A DNA stretch of 34,751 bases from Octopus bimaculoides (taxonomy: Eukaryota): positions 141,151,583 to 141,186,333 of the forward strand of contig NC_068983.1 of the NCBI RefSeq assembly GCF_001194135.2, written 5' to 3'. Below the pieces are notes generated by a model. The model ran no database searches. It was not told the DNA's origin and was given only the letters and a program-made list of their open reading frames with translations. The position numbers were made by a program, and so were the translations under genes. Of the stretch, positions 21,957 to 33,366 are shown one piece after another (the first letter of the stretch is position 1; each line of letters opens with the position of its first letter).

Positions 21957-21962
21957 CCATTG
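21957..21962 (+). other. Candidate 6-nt microexon (CCATTG)
   Basis: GTTAAC branch-like motif, CTTATCCTACCTCACTTAG acceptor, GTATGT donor; frame-preserving length. Confidence 0.2.
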
Positions 21963-23599
21963 GTATGTTTTCGTCCTACAACATTGTCGGTAAACTCAGC
22001 TTGTATTTAAGGTCATTGTGCTGATGGGGCCAACGTTATGTGCAGCTAAGCACATAGCAGAACGTAACGCAACATCTATGTATAAGTGTTAAAAGCTGAA
22101 GTTTTCTTACATAGTTGCGTTAGGTTTTTTATTATTAATTCGCATGGGAGCATTATTTTTTAAATTATATAACCTGTCAACGTTTGGGTTGTTTGCAAGG
22201 AAATATATCCTGCCAGTAATTTATACTTTCCTATTAGAAACGAAACTATAAATATATCAAAAAATCGAATCTCATTTATGAACTTGAACGTACAGTTACA
22301 CATATAGTTTACAGAGATTACAACCAAATATCTACTTCGTGCGTAACGAGAAGTTTTGGAAATTGACAATGCAAAAAATGGTAATTTCAAACATTCATTG
22401 CTCTATCAAGTACATTAGCGGTGTAAACGAAATGAACTAGCGTCAGTGTTTAATGAAATCGAGTCACGAATTTGTCTCCAAGAGAACTTAGTTCTAATGT
22501 AATCAATAATTTCTTTACATTTATATTGTTATCTCCCATAGCCATAAGTCAGAAGTTTATCATTAACAACATATATCAAGAACAGTTGATTGAATTAAAC
22601 CCAATATATTACTGGTACTTATTGATCGACTAAGAAAAATCATTAATAATGGAGCTTCATTTCGGAAACAGAATCAAACTAAATTAGACAATAGATGTAT
22701 TCACGGAAAAAAATAACTATCTCGCGTCTTCCTCGTGACAAAAGACAATAGTTAAACCGAGTATCAAAGAAATGTGCAAGCAAAGTTTAGTTCAGGGATA
22801 AAAATAATATAAAATGTTGATTAAAGTTATAATTTTTACTTCAGCAAACGCAGGATACCGCATCGATCGGTTTTAATCTTATTTGGCCTGATCAGGAAAG
22901 AATAGATTTCACAGTACCTGACGAAGCAGCACGAAGAGAAACTCTACGTAAATTTACAAGCATCAAAATATTTTTCAAGTAATGATACTTTGTGATTTCT
23001 TACTGCTCAATATTCAAGAAAAAGTATGCTGATGTTCATTGTATCAAATATCTTAAGACTCATGAGATATTATCTTAGAACAATGTAGTATATTTTTAAG
23101 TCTCTACGTCAGCAATTATACATTCATGTATATATTTACTTAGTGATTTTCAACTTACTTATTCAGGCTAGTACACTGACGTATATGCTCACTTAAAAGG
23201 GGCTAATAAGACAGAAATCTGACTAGTTTGCCGGAACTAATTTCCAAGAGAATCAGAATAACGACGGTAACTAACTAATATGTTTTTTACACTAGATGAT
23301 TTTTTTTTTAATGATGGCGTTTACTTGCTACTTTGCTCAGTATATTAACACTAACAATGGAAGCACAACAGTGGAAGCCACATCCATTAACAGTCTTATC
23401 TTAGAAAAGATTTATTTGCTTATCTATGAATAAACTTTTCTTTAAACAAACGAAAAATGATAGGTAGGACGCTACTATTTTCTCTAAGGCCTTAAGCGGT
23501 GCGAATCAATTAGATTCAATAGAGTACCATGACTGACGCATCTCATTGGACACTTAATAGAACTTTACAGTTTTTACCACTCTTAATTTTAAACTATAT

Positions 23600-23644
23600 T
23601 GTTGTTGTTGTTGTTGTTGTTGTTATTATTATTATTATTATTAT

Positions 23645-23692
<48 letters not shown>
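23600..23692. repeat. Compound trinucleotide microsatellite (GTT)n-(ATT)n-(AGT)n
   Basis: Direct reading; produces the spurious ORFs 23529 and 23599. Confidence 0.95.
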
Positions 23693-23693
<1 letters not shown>

Positions 23694-24329
23694 TTGTTTC
23701 ATCATCGGCATCACTATCATCATCATCATCATTATTAATATCGTTATTATTCCTTCTACTATAATTATCGCAGGTTATTCACAACTCATAAATTACAATT
23801 AACTACTTATTCCACAAAATCTAAAAATATAAATTAAATAAATACCAAAGTATTTAGACACACATCACTCACTTACTAGATCTGTCCAGGTCAATAACGT
23901 TGGAATTAATTGGTACCTAAGAAGATTACGGTATTGGAACAGTAAACATAGTTCGATAAAGCAAGAATAAGTAACCAATTGTGGTTAGGGGAAACCTTTC
24001 CTACAAATTATATTTTAGAGCAGTTTTTAATCCTCTATTTATTTGTAGCTCGAAATACATTTTCTAGCAGTAATCTTATAATAAGTAAAGGGAAAAACAT
24101 ATTCCAGGAAACAGAAAAAAAATGTTATGCATATTTCATCATATGTATGTGAGGTTGTACGTTTGGTATATACCTGTCTCTGCATGTACGACGGTACGTA
24201 GTTGCGGTATGTGTAGGTATACATACACCTCATATTATATTTACATATAAAAGACAGGATTTCTTTCCTACAATATCGAAAATAATATCGACCAGAAGAG
24301 ACCTTTCGTGCTATATGTGTACATATTTA

Positions 24330-24365
24330 TATGTGAGCGTATGTATGTGCGTGCGTGTTTGCATA

Positions 24366-24410
<45 letters not shown>

Positions 24411-24815
24411 NNNNNNNNNNNNNNNNNNNNNNNNNNNNNNNNNNNNNNNNNNNNNNNNNNNNNNNNNNNNNNNNNNNNNNNNNNNNNNNNNNNNNNNNNN
24501 NNNNNNNNNNNNNNNNNNNNNNNNNNNNNNNNNNNNNNNNNNNNNNNNNNNNNNNNNNNNNNNNNNNNNNNNNNNNNNNNNNNNNNNNNNNNNNNNNNNN
24601 NNNNNNNNNNNNNNNNNNNNNNNNNNNNNNNNNNNNNNNNNNNNNNNNNNNNNNNNNNNNNNNNNNNNNNNNNNNNNNNNNNNNNNNNNNNNNNNNNNNN
24701 NNNNATATATATATATATATACATATTCTTATATACCTATGTATACACACATACGCGCACACACACACATACATATATATCTGTCTGTGTGCGTGTGCTT
24801 GTGTGTGTGTGTGTT
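24330..24815. repeat. (TG)/(TA)n - gap 24411-24704 - (TA)/(CA)/(TG)n microsatellite cluster
   Basis: Direct reading. Confidence 0.95.
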
Positions 24816-25124
24816 ATAGGAAAGGAAAAGCGATATAATGTATTTTTTAAACGAAATTATTGCTCTTTTCTTTGCTATTAAGTAGTAAAGCCTTTAATTC
24901 CTCTACCTTAAGATATAATCCCGTAATAAGAAAGAAAATAAGCTTCTGGTTATTTCTACTGGACATTACACAGGAGAAAATATATAAATTTGAAGGAAGA
25001 AAATAAACTAACTGCAATTATCGGTGCTTCGATGGGGAACATCGAGTGGATAGTCATGAATTTTCATTCACAGTAAGTATGACGGATCTGTTGCTGTTAA
25101 ACAACAGTAAGTTGAAGCTATCCA

Positions 25125-25345
25125 CAACACACAAATGCACGCACACGCATACGAACGTACACCATACATACAAAGTCTCTCATGTACACACGCAGATACA
25201 CACACACACATACATACACGATGCACACTCTCAGATACAAACACGCATATACACACAAACACACACATATCATTGTGCGCGAGCGTGCGTGTGTGTGTGT
25301 GTGTATGTGTGTGTGCGCGTGTGTGTGTGTGCGCGCGTGTGTGTA
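25125..25345. repeat. Imperfect (CA)n followed by (TG)n
   Basis: CA-rich at about 25125-25270, TG/CG-rich at about 25275-25345. Confidence 0.9.
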
Positions 25346-25351
25346 TGTAAA

Positions 25352-25661
25352 GGTGCATGATTTAGTGTCTAGGGTATTCGATTCACGACTATAAGTTTGT
25401 AAGTTCGTTCCTGGCCGCGAATTGTGTCCTTGAGCAAGATTACTTCTCCTTGCTGCAGAACACTCAGCTGTCAAAAATGAGCTGTACCTGCAAATCAACA
25501 GACCAGTCTTGTCATACTGTCTGTCTCGCTGAATCTCTCTGAAAACTATGTTCAACGTTCGCGTGTCCCTGGAGCGGTCAGACACATGCAAGTTAATTTT
25601 AGGAGCAGTCTTCTCGGTCGATCAAAATATCTGGAACAGACACCTTCAAAATCGACGGACA

Positions 25662-25663
<2 letters not shown>
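25352..25663 (+). mobile_element. tRNA-derived SINE, family B, diverged full-length copy
   Basis: Aligns with the reverse complement of 26857-27177: TTGTGTCCTTGAGCAAGA, CACTCAGCTG..AAAAATGAG, GCTGAATCTC.CTGA.AACTA.GTT, terminal CGACGGA. Confidence 0.8.
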
Positions 25664-25715
<52 letters not shown>

Positions 25716-25739
25716 GTTTATATTTATATAAAGGGCATT

Positions 25740-26349
25740 NNNNNNNNNNNNNNNNNNNNNNNNNNNNNNNNNNNNNNNNNNNNNNNNNNNNNNNNNNNNN
25801 NNNNNNNNNNNNNNNNNNNNNNNNNNNNNNNNNNNNNNNNNNNNNNNNNNNNNNNNNNNNNNNNNNNNNNNNNNNNNNNNNNNNNNNNNNNNNNNNNNNN
25901 NNNNNNNNNNNNNNNNNNNNNNNNNNNNNNNNNNNNNNNNNNNNNNNNNNNNNNNNNNNNNNNNNNNNNNNNNNNNNNNNNNNNNNNNNNNNNNNNNNNN
26001 NNNNNNNNNNNNNNNNNNNNNNNNNNNNNNNNNNNNNNNNNNNNNNNNNNNNNNNNNNNNNNNNNNNNNNNNNNNNNNNNNNNNNNNNNNNNNNNNNNNN
26101 NNNNNNNNNNNNNNNNNNNNNNNNNNNNNNNNNNNNNNNNNNNNNNNNNNNNNNNNNNNNNNNNNNNNNNNNNNNNNNNNNNNNNNNNNNNNNNNNNNNN
26201 NNNNNNNNNNNNNNNNNNNNNNNNNNNNNNNNNNNNNNNNNNNNNNNNNNNNNNNNNNNNNNNNNNNNNNNNNNNNNNNNNNNNNNNNNNNNNNNNNNNN
26301 NNNNNNNNNNNNNNNNNNNNNNNNNNNNNNNNNNNNNNNNNNNNNNNNN
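25740..26349. other. Assembly gap (N)
   Basis: Run of N between TA-rich flanks. Confidence 1.
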
Positions 26350-26393
<44 letters not shown>

Positions 26394-26420
26394 ACACATA
26401 CATACATACATACATACATA

Positions 26421-26856
26421 ACTCCTTTACTCTTTTAATCGTTTCAGCCATGCGGCCGTGGTCATGCTGGAGCACTATCATGGTCTTTCTCACTTCCTCA
26501 GTCTGGGTGTTTCACATCAGCACTCCTGTATGTGCCCTTGTCCCAGCTGTTGGTACATTTGGTGTATAAGGAAGTTTGATTTCGCTGCCCTCGTCTGTAC
26601 CTCTTGCCGGGCTGTTAGTTCATCCGGTATTGTGGAGAAGTGGATGTCTAGTTCCTTTCTGAAGACATCTACTTCCACTTTATGCAAATTTCTTAATTTT
26701 TGTGGCAGGGCATTGAAGAGCTGTGGCCCTTTGAACCCTAGACTATTGCAGTATCTGGTCCTGAATTTAGATGGAGTAGATGGTACCTTTGATACAATAC
26801 AATGGCGGCCAGTTCTAGCATCTGTATAACACTCAATGCCAAAGTTAAGTACTAGC
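26421..26856 (-). mobile_element. CR1-like LINE 3' end (ORF2 C-terminus, 3' UTR and tail)
   Basis: ORF 26517..26900: NFGIECYTDARTGRHC...RTRYCNSLGFKGPQLFNALPQKLRNLHKVEVDVFRKELD, with the typical CR1/L2 GP.LFN.LP....FK..LD motif. Tail GTGCTCCAGCATGACCACGGCC...GAAACGATTAAAAGAG. Confidence 0.85.
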
Positions 26857-27177
26857 ACTCCGTCGGTTACGACGATGAGAGTCCCAGCTGACCCGATCAA
26901 CGGAACAGCTTGCTCGTGAAATTAACGTGCAAGTGACTGAGTAATCCACAGACACGTGTACTCTTAACGTAGTTCTCAGGGAGATTCAGCATGACACAGA
27001 TTGTGACAAGGCCGGCCCATTGAAATACAGGTACTACTCATTGTTACCAGCTGAGTGGACAGGAGCAACGTGAAATAAAATGTCTTGCTCAAGGACACAA
27101 CGCGTCGCTAGGAATTGAACTCACGACCTTACGATCGTGAGCCGAATGCCCTAACCACTAAGCCACACGCATTCACC
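26857..27177 (-). mobile_element. tRNA-derived SINE, family B, full length with 11-bp TSD
   Basis: Minus-strand A-box TGGCTTAGTGGTTAGG and B-box GAGTTCAATTCC. Flanked by the direct repeat TAAGTACTAGC at 26846-26856 and 27178-27188. Confidence 0.92.
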
Positions 27178-27490
27178 TAAGTACTAGCTCTTCTAGTATT
27201 TTTCATATGTATATTATTGCATATCTTTCGCGCTTTCGCTCTAGGGAGTAAAGCAGTAATTTTCTCAGTTTATCCCGGTAGCTTATCTGCGGCACTGTTT
27301 AACTCTTTTTAGTGTAGTAGTGTAGGATTGCTTCAAGCTCCGCTGTTAGCTTGGTGGTATGTGGTGACCATAACTGGAAGCAGTAGCCCAGGTAGCTACA
27401 AACAAATGTTCTCCACAGTGTCAGCATAGTTGCTTGGTCTCTTGTCTTGAAGGACGTCAGTATCCATCCTGTCAGTTGTCTGCACTTTAC

Positions 27491-27496
<6 letters not shown>
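27178..27496 (-). mobile_element. CR1-like LINE RT C-terminal fragment (upstream half of the split element)
   Basis: KCRQLTGWILTSFKTRDQATMLTLWRTFVCSYLGYCFQLWSPH...YYTKKS*TVPQISYRDKLRKLLLYSLERKRERYAIIYI*KILEELVL, with CR1 motifs L.YC...WSP and L.LYSLERRR.R. Confidence 0.88.
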
Positions 27497-27527
<31 letters not shown>

Positions 27528-27829
27528 NNNNNNNNNNNNNNNNNNNNNNNNNNNNNNNNNNNNNNNNNNNNNNNNNNNNNNNNNNNNNNNNNNNNNNNNN
27601 NNNNNNNNNNNNNNNNNNNNNNNNNNNNNNNNNNNNNNNNNNNNNNNNNNNNNNNNNNNNNNNNNNNNNNNNNNNNNNNNNNNNNNNNNNNNNNNNNNNN
27701 NNNNNNNNNNNNNNNNNNNNNNNNNNNNNNNNNNNNNNNNNNNNNNNNNNNNNNNNNNNNNNNNNNNNNNNNNNNNNNNNNNNNNNNNNNNNNNNNNNNN
27801 NNNNNNNNNNNNNNNNNNNNNNNNNNNNN
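27528..27829. other. Assembly gap (N) within (TA)n
   Basis: Run of N. Confidence 1.
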
Positions 27830-28099
27830 ATATATAACAGCGCGAAAGGCAGATAGACATTGAATCCAAAGGAAAACACTGACTGTTAGCATCGCTTAAG
27901 CATTTATGCTTTAAATCTCAAATTTTTTGTCGTAACTTTTAACAGTTTCTGTATGTTTCTCTATACCTAATAAATGCCTCCCACTTTGTAATTGATTTAA
28001 TGTCAACACACGGCGTCAGGTCAAATCACTTGCCTGACAATGTACATCTCCAAAATATCTGCCCACATACATATACACATACATACATAAGTAATGTGA

Positions 28100-28660
28100 A
28101 TAAAGATACGGTAACACGAGAATATTATGTCAGACTTGGTAAAATATGACAGTGGGAACAGTTGTTTTACGTACAAAATGATGACACTACCTCACATTGT
28201 ATTCGCAGTATCAATATTGATTCCAACATTTCTGAAATTTGACTGGAAGAGGAAATTCACTCCATAGGACGTAAAAGCCAGCAAGATATATGGCATCAAC
28301 TGGAAATCTCCCCAGAAATAGTTGTACCGATAGGCTCTATCTAAGAAGAGATGAAGGGGATAAGACTTAAGATCAGTGCAGACAGCCTTCGAATCTCGTA
28401 TAGTCCCTCTCACACAGCAGTTACTAAACAACAACAACAAAAATAAGTAGATTAACTTAGTGCTGAAAAGTGAAGAGGGCCATATCCTACGTATCGGCAG
28501 CGAGCTCCGCAGGAAGAGGAAGCATTCTCTTTCATATGACCTCTCATATAACTAATATATCTCAAAGAAAACCTGGATGTGAAACGCTCAGCATACCAAA
28601 AATAGAACATACATGGATATGCATCCCGAAGATATGAAGAAAACGTAAATATTGGTTTCA
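28100..28660 (+). mobile_element. Decayed R4/Dong-like non-LTR retrotransposon fragment (second subfamily)
   Basis: Broken translation: KDTVTREYYVRLGKI*...FAVSILIPTF...DVKA...TDRLYLRRDEG / LRSVQTAFESRIV...NIHGYASRR, containing the DRLY..R.EGGRGL and HG motifs. Confidence 0.75.
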
Positions 28661-28662
28661 AA

Positions 28663-28786
28663 TTATGCACAAGGTCAGCAATTTTGAGGAAGTGGATAAG
28701 TCGATTACATCGATTTCTCAACTGGTATCTATTTTATCGACCCCCGAAAGGATAAAAGACAAAGTGGACCTCGGCGAAATTTGATC
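28663..28786 (-). mobile_element. SINE family A, 5'-truncated
   Basis: Reverse complement GATCAAATTTCGCCGAGGTCCACTTTGTCTTTTATCCTTTCGGGGGTCGATAAAATAGATACCAG. Confidence 0.85.
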
Positions 28787-29663
28787 TTTGATTCTTACCA
28801 TTAACCGGCATTATCTGAATCGGATTGCTTTCTTCTTTCTTGGATTATGTAGCATGTCTAGGTGTTTATGAAAATTTGCTTTTTTATGTTACTCTTTGTT
28901 CCTTTGATAATAGATACAAATGAAAATCTGTAGCTTTGGTATAAGACCTGCTTTCATTTATTAGCTCTGTTTGTGGTCTTTTTCCTTTCTTTTAAGACAA
29001 GACATTTACATCAGCAAGACAACAGACTTCAAGAACACTGTATGGTATTTATTCTCTATCTAACAGGATTATTCTGCTTGCACTAAGTTGTAGCTGTTAT
29101 TAGAATATTGAAGAAGTAGTCCTTGATTGAGAAAGTCTAGTTACATTGAGATATTGGTTTGCCTTTCTTGTGGACACTAGGTCAGTCATCCCCACTGAAT
29201 CTAATGTAAATATGTTTGAGAAATATTGTGCCTTGTGAACACTCTGGACAACTGTTGACAATGTGGTTGGTACTTTATACACTTGTATAGCACAGTTGCC
29301 ACTGTCTGTTACAGCGTGTACTTTTAGAGATATACTTACTTTTCCTAATAATGAGATTTAGTAGCTTTTCTCATGTTTATAATGACGAAAGCGTACCCTT
29401 CCAGGTGGCGTGTAATATATATTTCACAGGTTCAAGGAAAGATATTCTCCTTGCCAATGGTTTTAGCACATGCTGGCTTGTCAAATATGTACTAAGGCAT
29501 ATTTTCCTGAAAAGATAAATGTTTACCTTGAAAGTTTCTGTTTAGTTAAGTTTATCTACTTCAGATAGAACAGCTGTATACTCATGGAATTTTCATCAAA
29601 TATTATATATTTTACTACCGAATACACACATGATATACTCATTTCTCCCTTACTGATTAATAG

Positions 29664-29784
29664 GTCATGTACGAAAAATACCATGAGGCACTCACAGACA
29701 CTCTAATTTCACTCTACCCCTCTACATTCATCTTCCCACCTAACATAGAACCTGTCTCTGTTAGTGTCGAACTTCCAAGTGGTG
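29664..29784 (+). other. Candidate 121-nt coding exon (VMYEKYHEALTDTLISLYPSTFIFPPNIEPVSVSVELPSG, phase 0 to 1)
   Basis: Acceptor TTTCTCCCTTACTGATTAATAG, donor GTG|GTGAGT, a single open frame (overlaps ORF 29667..29867). No protein family recognised. Confidence 0.35.
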
Positions 29785-30134
29785 GTGAGTATTTTTTCTC
29801 TAAATCCAAATTACAAATTTTTTCAGAAGTTCAGTGCAGTATATTGGCTCTAGCACTGGCACTTTAAAAGCCTTATCGAATATAGTTTAAATGAATATGC
29901 ACATAGCTCTAATTCCATAATGTCCAAACTCTGCTGAATTAGTCTTCGAGTAAAGGAACTGAATTGCCCTCTTAGACGAGAAAGTAGATGTAACCAATAA
30001 GCGAAATCAAACTAATAAATAAATAACAATAAAGAATTATTTAAGCATATAGTGTGGCAAGGCATAGATGGATTGCAAGTCACAAAATTATCGGGAGATA
30101 TTCCAGTGAACTTATGAAAAAAAATCAAGATATA

Positions 30135-30221
30135 NNNNNNNNNNNNNNNNNNNNNNNNNNNNNNNNNNNNNNNNNNNNNNNNNNNNNNNNNNNNNNNNNN
30201 NNNNNNNNNNNNNNNNNNNNN
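30135..30221. other. Assembly gap (N) next to (TA)n/(GA)n
   Basis: Run of N. Confidence 1.
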
Positions 30222-31683
30222 ATATATATATATATATATAGCGAGAGAGAGAGCGCTGGGGAGGGAAAGAGACAGATAGAGAAAGTGAAGGTGAATATTT
30301 ATATTATATGTCGTGCAGCAACTTCGGTTCAAATATATAGAAGAGCAAAATAATCAAGTGAAACGCGCAATTATATAGCAGTTATAGAAAGTGAAAATAC
30401 AGTCATTAAAATTGTACTCGATGTATTATTCATCACATTCTATTATTTCGTTGACAAGTGAATAAATGCCATTATCCGGTGAATACATAATTTGAAACGT
30501 TACGAATCCTTACTTTTCTCTAATAAAGTAAAGGCATTTCACTTATACGCAATTAAAAAAATATATTCAAATAGAGTTGACAGTTTAGACTTGTTCCTTT
30601 TCATATTGAATACCATACGAACTGCTGCAAGATTCTCACACGACTTTTTAAATAGCGCGTAGTTCAGTCCTGTGTGAATTCAATCACTAATAATCATTGT
30701 GACGGCGCTTATATATTTGTATTATATAAACCAGTTGTTCTCAAGAATTTTGTGAATCTCTCGATAGTGCAAGTAATTATAAACGTCCAAAGTCGTTTCT
30801 ATTCAAGGTAAAGGAACTAAAGGAATTTTCTGACAGTTTTCACTTCGATTTCAATTCTGCAAACAATGGAATAATATTTTTGTTGCTTATTTTATATTTT
30901 CTTTGTCACAGGTTCATTCATATGGCTATTGTAGACAGTTTGATAGAATTCGTAGAGTGAATGCCAATATTGATTCTACAGATAGTTTGAGAACACTTAT
31001 TAGTAATCTAAGTAATTGCGTCGTCTCTTAGTTGGCTCGAGTCAACATTTCTGACTATATGTCTGCGGACTAATCAGTTAAATCACGTTTCTTATGGAAG
31101 TTCTTTGATAACATCAACCTTCCATTGAACTAAGACTAACATTTTGGCAAAGAAGGAAATGTGATGAAGTTTGTGTCTTTCGACGAAAGTTGTACATAGA
31201 TAATAAAGGCCTAGTATGCTGTATTATTTTGCAGGTGCATGTTTTCAGTTACATTTGTACGGAGAAGTGATATTCCATGATATCCATACCATTTTATAGT
31301 TTACAATATTCCTTTTAAGCACTGTCATGTGCAAAATCTACAAGACATTGTATTTTCCAATCATAAATGAAATCTTTTAAATGACTTGATGGCTGGAAGT
31401 CATAATGTCTCAGTTTCCTAAGCTTCACTCTGCGCTTTAGTGTAGTGCATTCGAACCGGATAGATTTGGGTATTTGGGTGTACTGATAGGCAACACCTTG
31501 TCTATGCAAACTACATCATCAACATCCGCATATCAAAGGTTTCTTCATATCCATACTCTTTTATCCATACCAATAGCATACTTGTACACGGGTTATATGC
31601 TTACTTCAAAAATGATTTACTATATCTTAATCATTCTTATATTAGCACATAGATCACTTTCTTATATGAATAATGATTTCAGA

Positions 31684-31885
31684 TTTTGGCACAAGGGTCG
31701 TGATTTCAGGAAACAGGATAGGTTGACTATATCGACCCAGTACTTAGCTGGTACTTATGTTATCGACCACGAAAGTTGAAAGGCAAAGTCAACCTCAGGG
31801 GAATATGAACTCAGTACGTAAAGACAGACGAAATGCAGCGAAGCATTTTGTCCGACGTGTTAACGATTCTACCAGTTCACCGTCT
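31684..31885 (-). mobile_element. SINE family A, near full length
   Basis: Reverse complement AGACGGTGAACTGGTAGAATCGTTAACACGTCGGACAAAATGCTTCGC...GAGTTCATATTCC...GACTTTGCCTTTCAACTTTCGTGGTCGATAACATAAGTACCAG. Confidence 0.88.
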
Positions 31886-33318
31886 TTCTTTCGTTTATGA
31901 ATAATAAAAAATCAAATTACGGTAATGTTACAAGTGTTGTGTCTTGATTAAGTATGATATTTTGACTTTTGCAGCAAAGATCAAGCTCACGTGTTGAAAT
32001 ATTCGTATACTTTCAGTGAAACATAGAAATAGGTGAAAGTATTTTAGCCACTTATCAAATCAGAAGCTTGAACTCGATTTGGTCGAAAGTTTGCTCTTAT
32101 ATCACAATGCGACACTCATAAGAAACAGGAATATTTATTAGCAGTCTTACATTCATTCACTTCTAATTCTGGAAAAATTTCAGCAAGAAGAAATCAATAG
32201 AAATGCATGACATAGGTTAACTACTAGAACAACATTCTTTTTGTCTTAAAAAAATTGAAACTTTTTCTTCGCTTCTCTCTCCTTGAAAATCAAAATGCTG
32301 GCAGCATTTACTTTCTTCGTATAGACAAGAAAATTCTCAGGAGGTTCACTTCACATTTAAAGCAATTTTCACGAAGCTATTTGATAAATGTCGGGAAAAA
32401 GTTTAATAAATCATCAGTAATCGTTGTGGAAACTATAGCTAGAGTGGTAAATGTTACTGTGATGCTGCTTATCATCCTTACACTAGCCATATATATATTA
32501 TTTGGAACGAGTAATATATTGTTGAATGTGAACTTAGAATACAATAAATGTCCAATGTCTCAGAATTTGGGCCAAATTCCAACGCAAAAATTATAGTACT
32601 TAGTGATAAACAATATTTGCGATGTAATTTACTTCATGTAACAAAGAATGTCATTCATACAATAGATTAACATACGCATTGGTTCTATTATCATTTATTA
32701 TGAGTCACAGCAAAGTGAAACATTTTATATTAGTTCCCTGGAGAGCTTTAACTTCCACAAAAACTCGTATCACCACAAGCTAGATATGTGTCCTTGTTAC
32801 CGCTGCAAGGGAAAAGGATATATATAGAAGAATTTTGGTTGATATAATCACACTGTTTTGGCCGTTAAACTCGCCGACCTTATTCAAGTTCCTACTTGAT
32901 TTACCTTTCTCAAAATTACATAGCAAAACTTTATTAAATCAAGTGAGGTAGATTATTTTTTTACATTCCAGTGTAAATACCATAGATATTCTCCTGTTAG
33001 TCACTCTCGTATTTGTGATCTCATTAAAATTTATGCACCGCTTGAGAGACCTAGGATTTCAATTCACGTACACAAGCTAAACTACTTAGAAGTTAAACAA
33101 ATTTTAATGCCTTGTAAGACGATTAATTTAATAGAAATTAAGAGCTTTAAAATAAGTTTTTCTATTTAATGCTAGATTTAATGTTATGAGCAAAATGTTT
33201 AGGTCTAGGGTAGGCTATACAATGAAAGAGAAAACAAAATGGAAAGCATTAACATACACGATATGTACGTGATCTTAACCGGTAACAGGTTTTCTAATAC
33301 GGATTGCTCTCTTTCAAG

Positions 33319-33366
33319 AGCCTACAGCCACTGTAAAGATGATGGATTCACTCTATAAACAACAGG
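33319..33366 (+). other. Candidate 48-nt exon (xPTATVKMMDSLYKQQ, phase 1 to 1)
   Basis: Acceptor TTGCTCTCTTTCAAG, donor AGG|GTAATT. Only the phase-1 frame is open, compatible with the end phase of 29664-29784. Confidence 0.2.

Noticed and set aside
22858-22950. Back-to-back partial hammerhead-like cores: plus strand CTGACGA-A...GAAAC (22918-22942) and minus strand CTGATCA...TAAAACCGATC
   Set aside because: Stem I and stem II pairing cannot be completed for the plus-strand motif, and the minus-strand motif has two core mismatches. At most a very decayed relic; not supportable.
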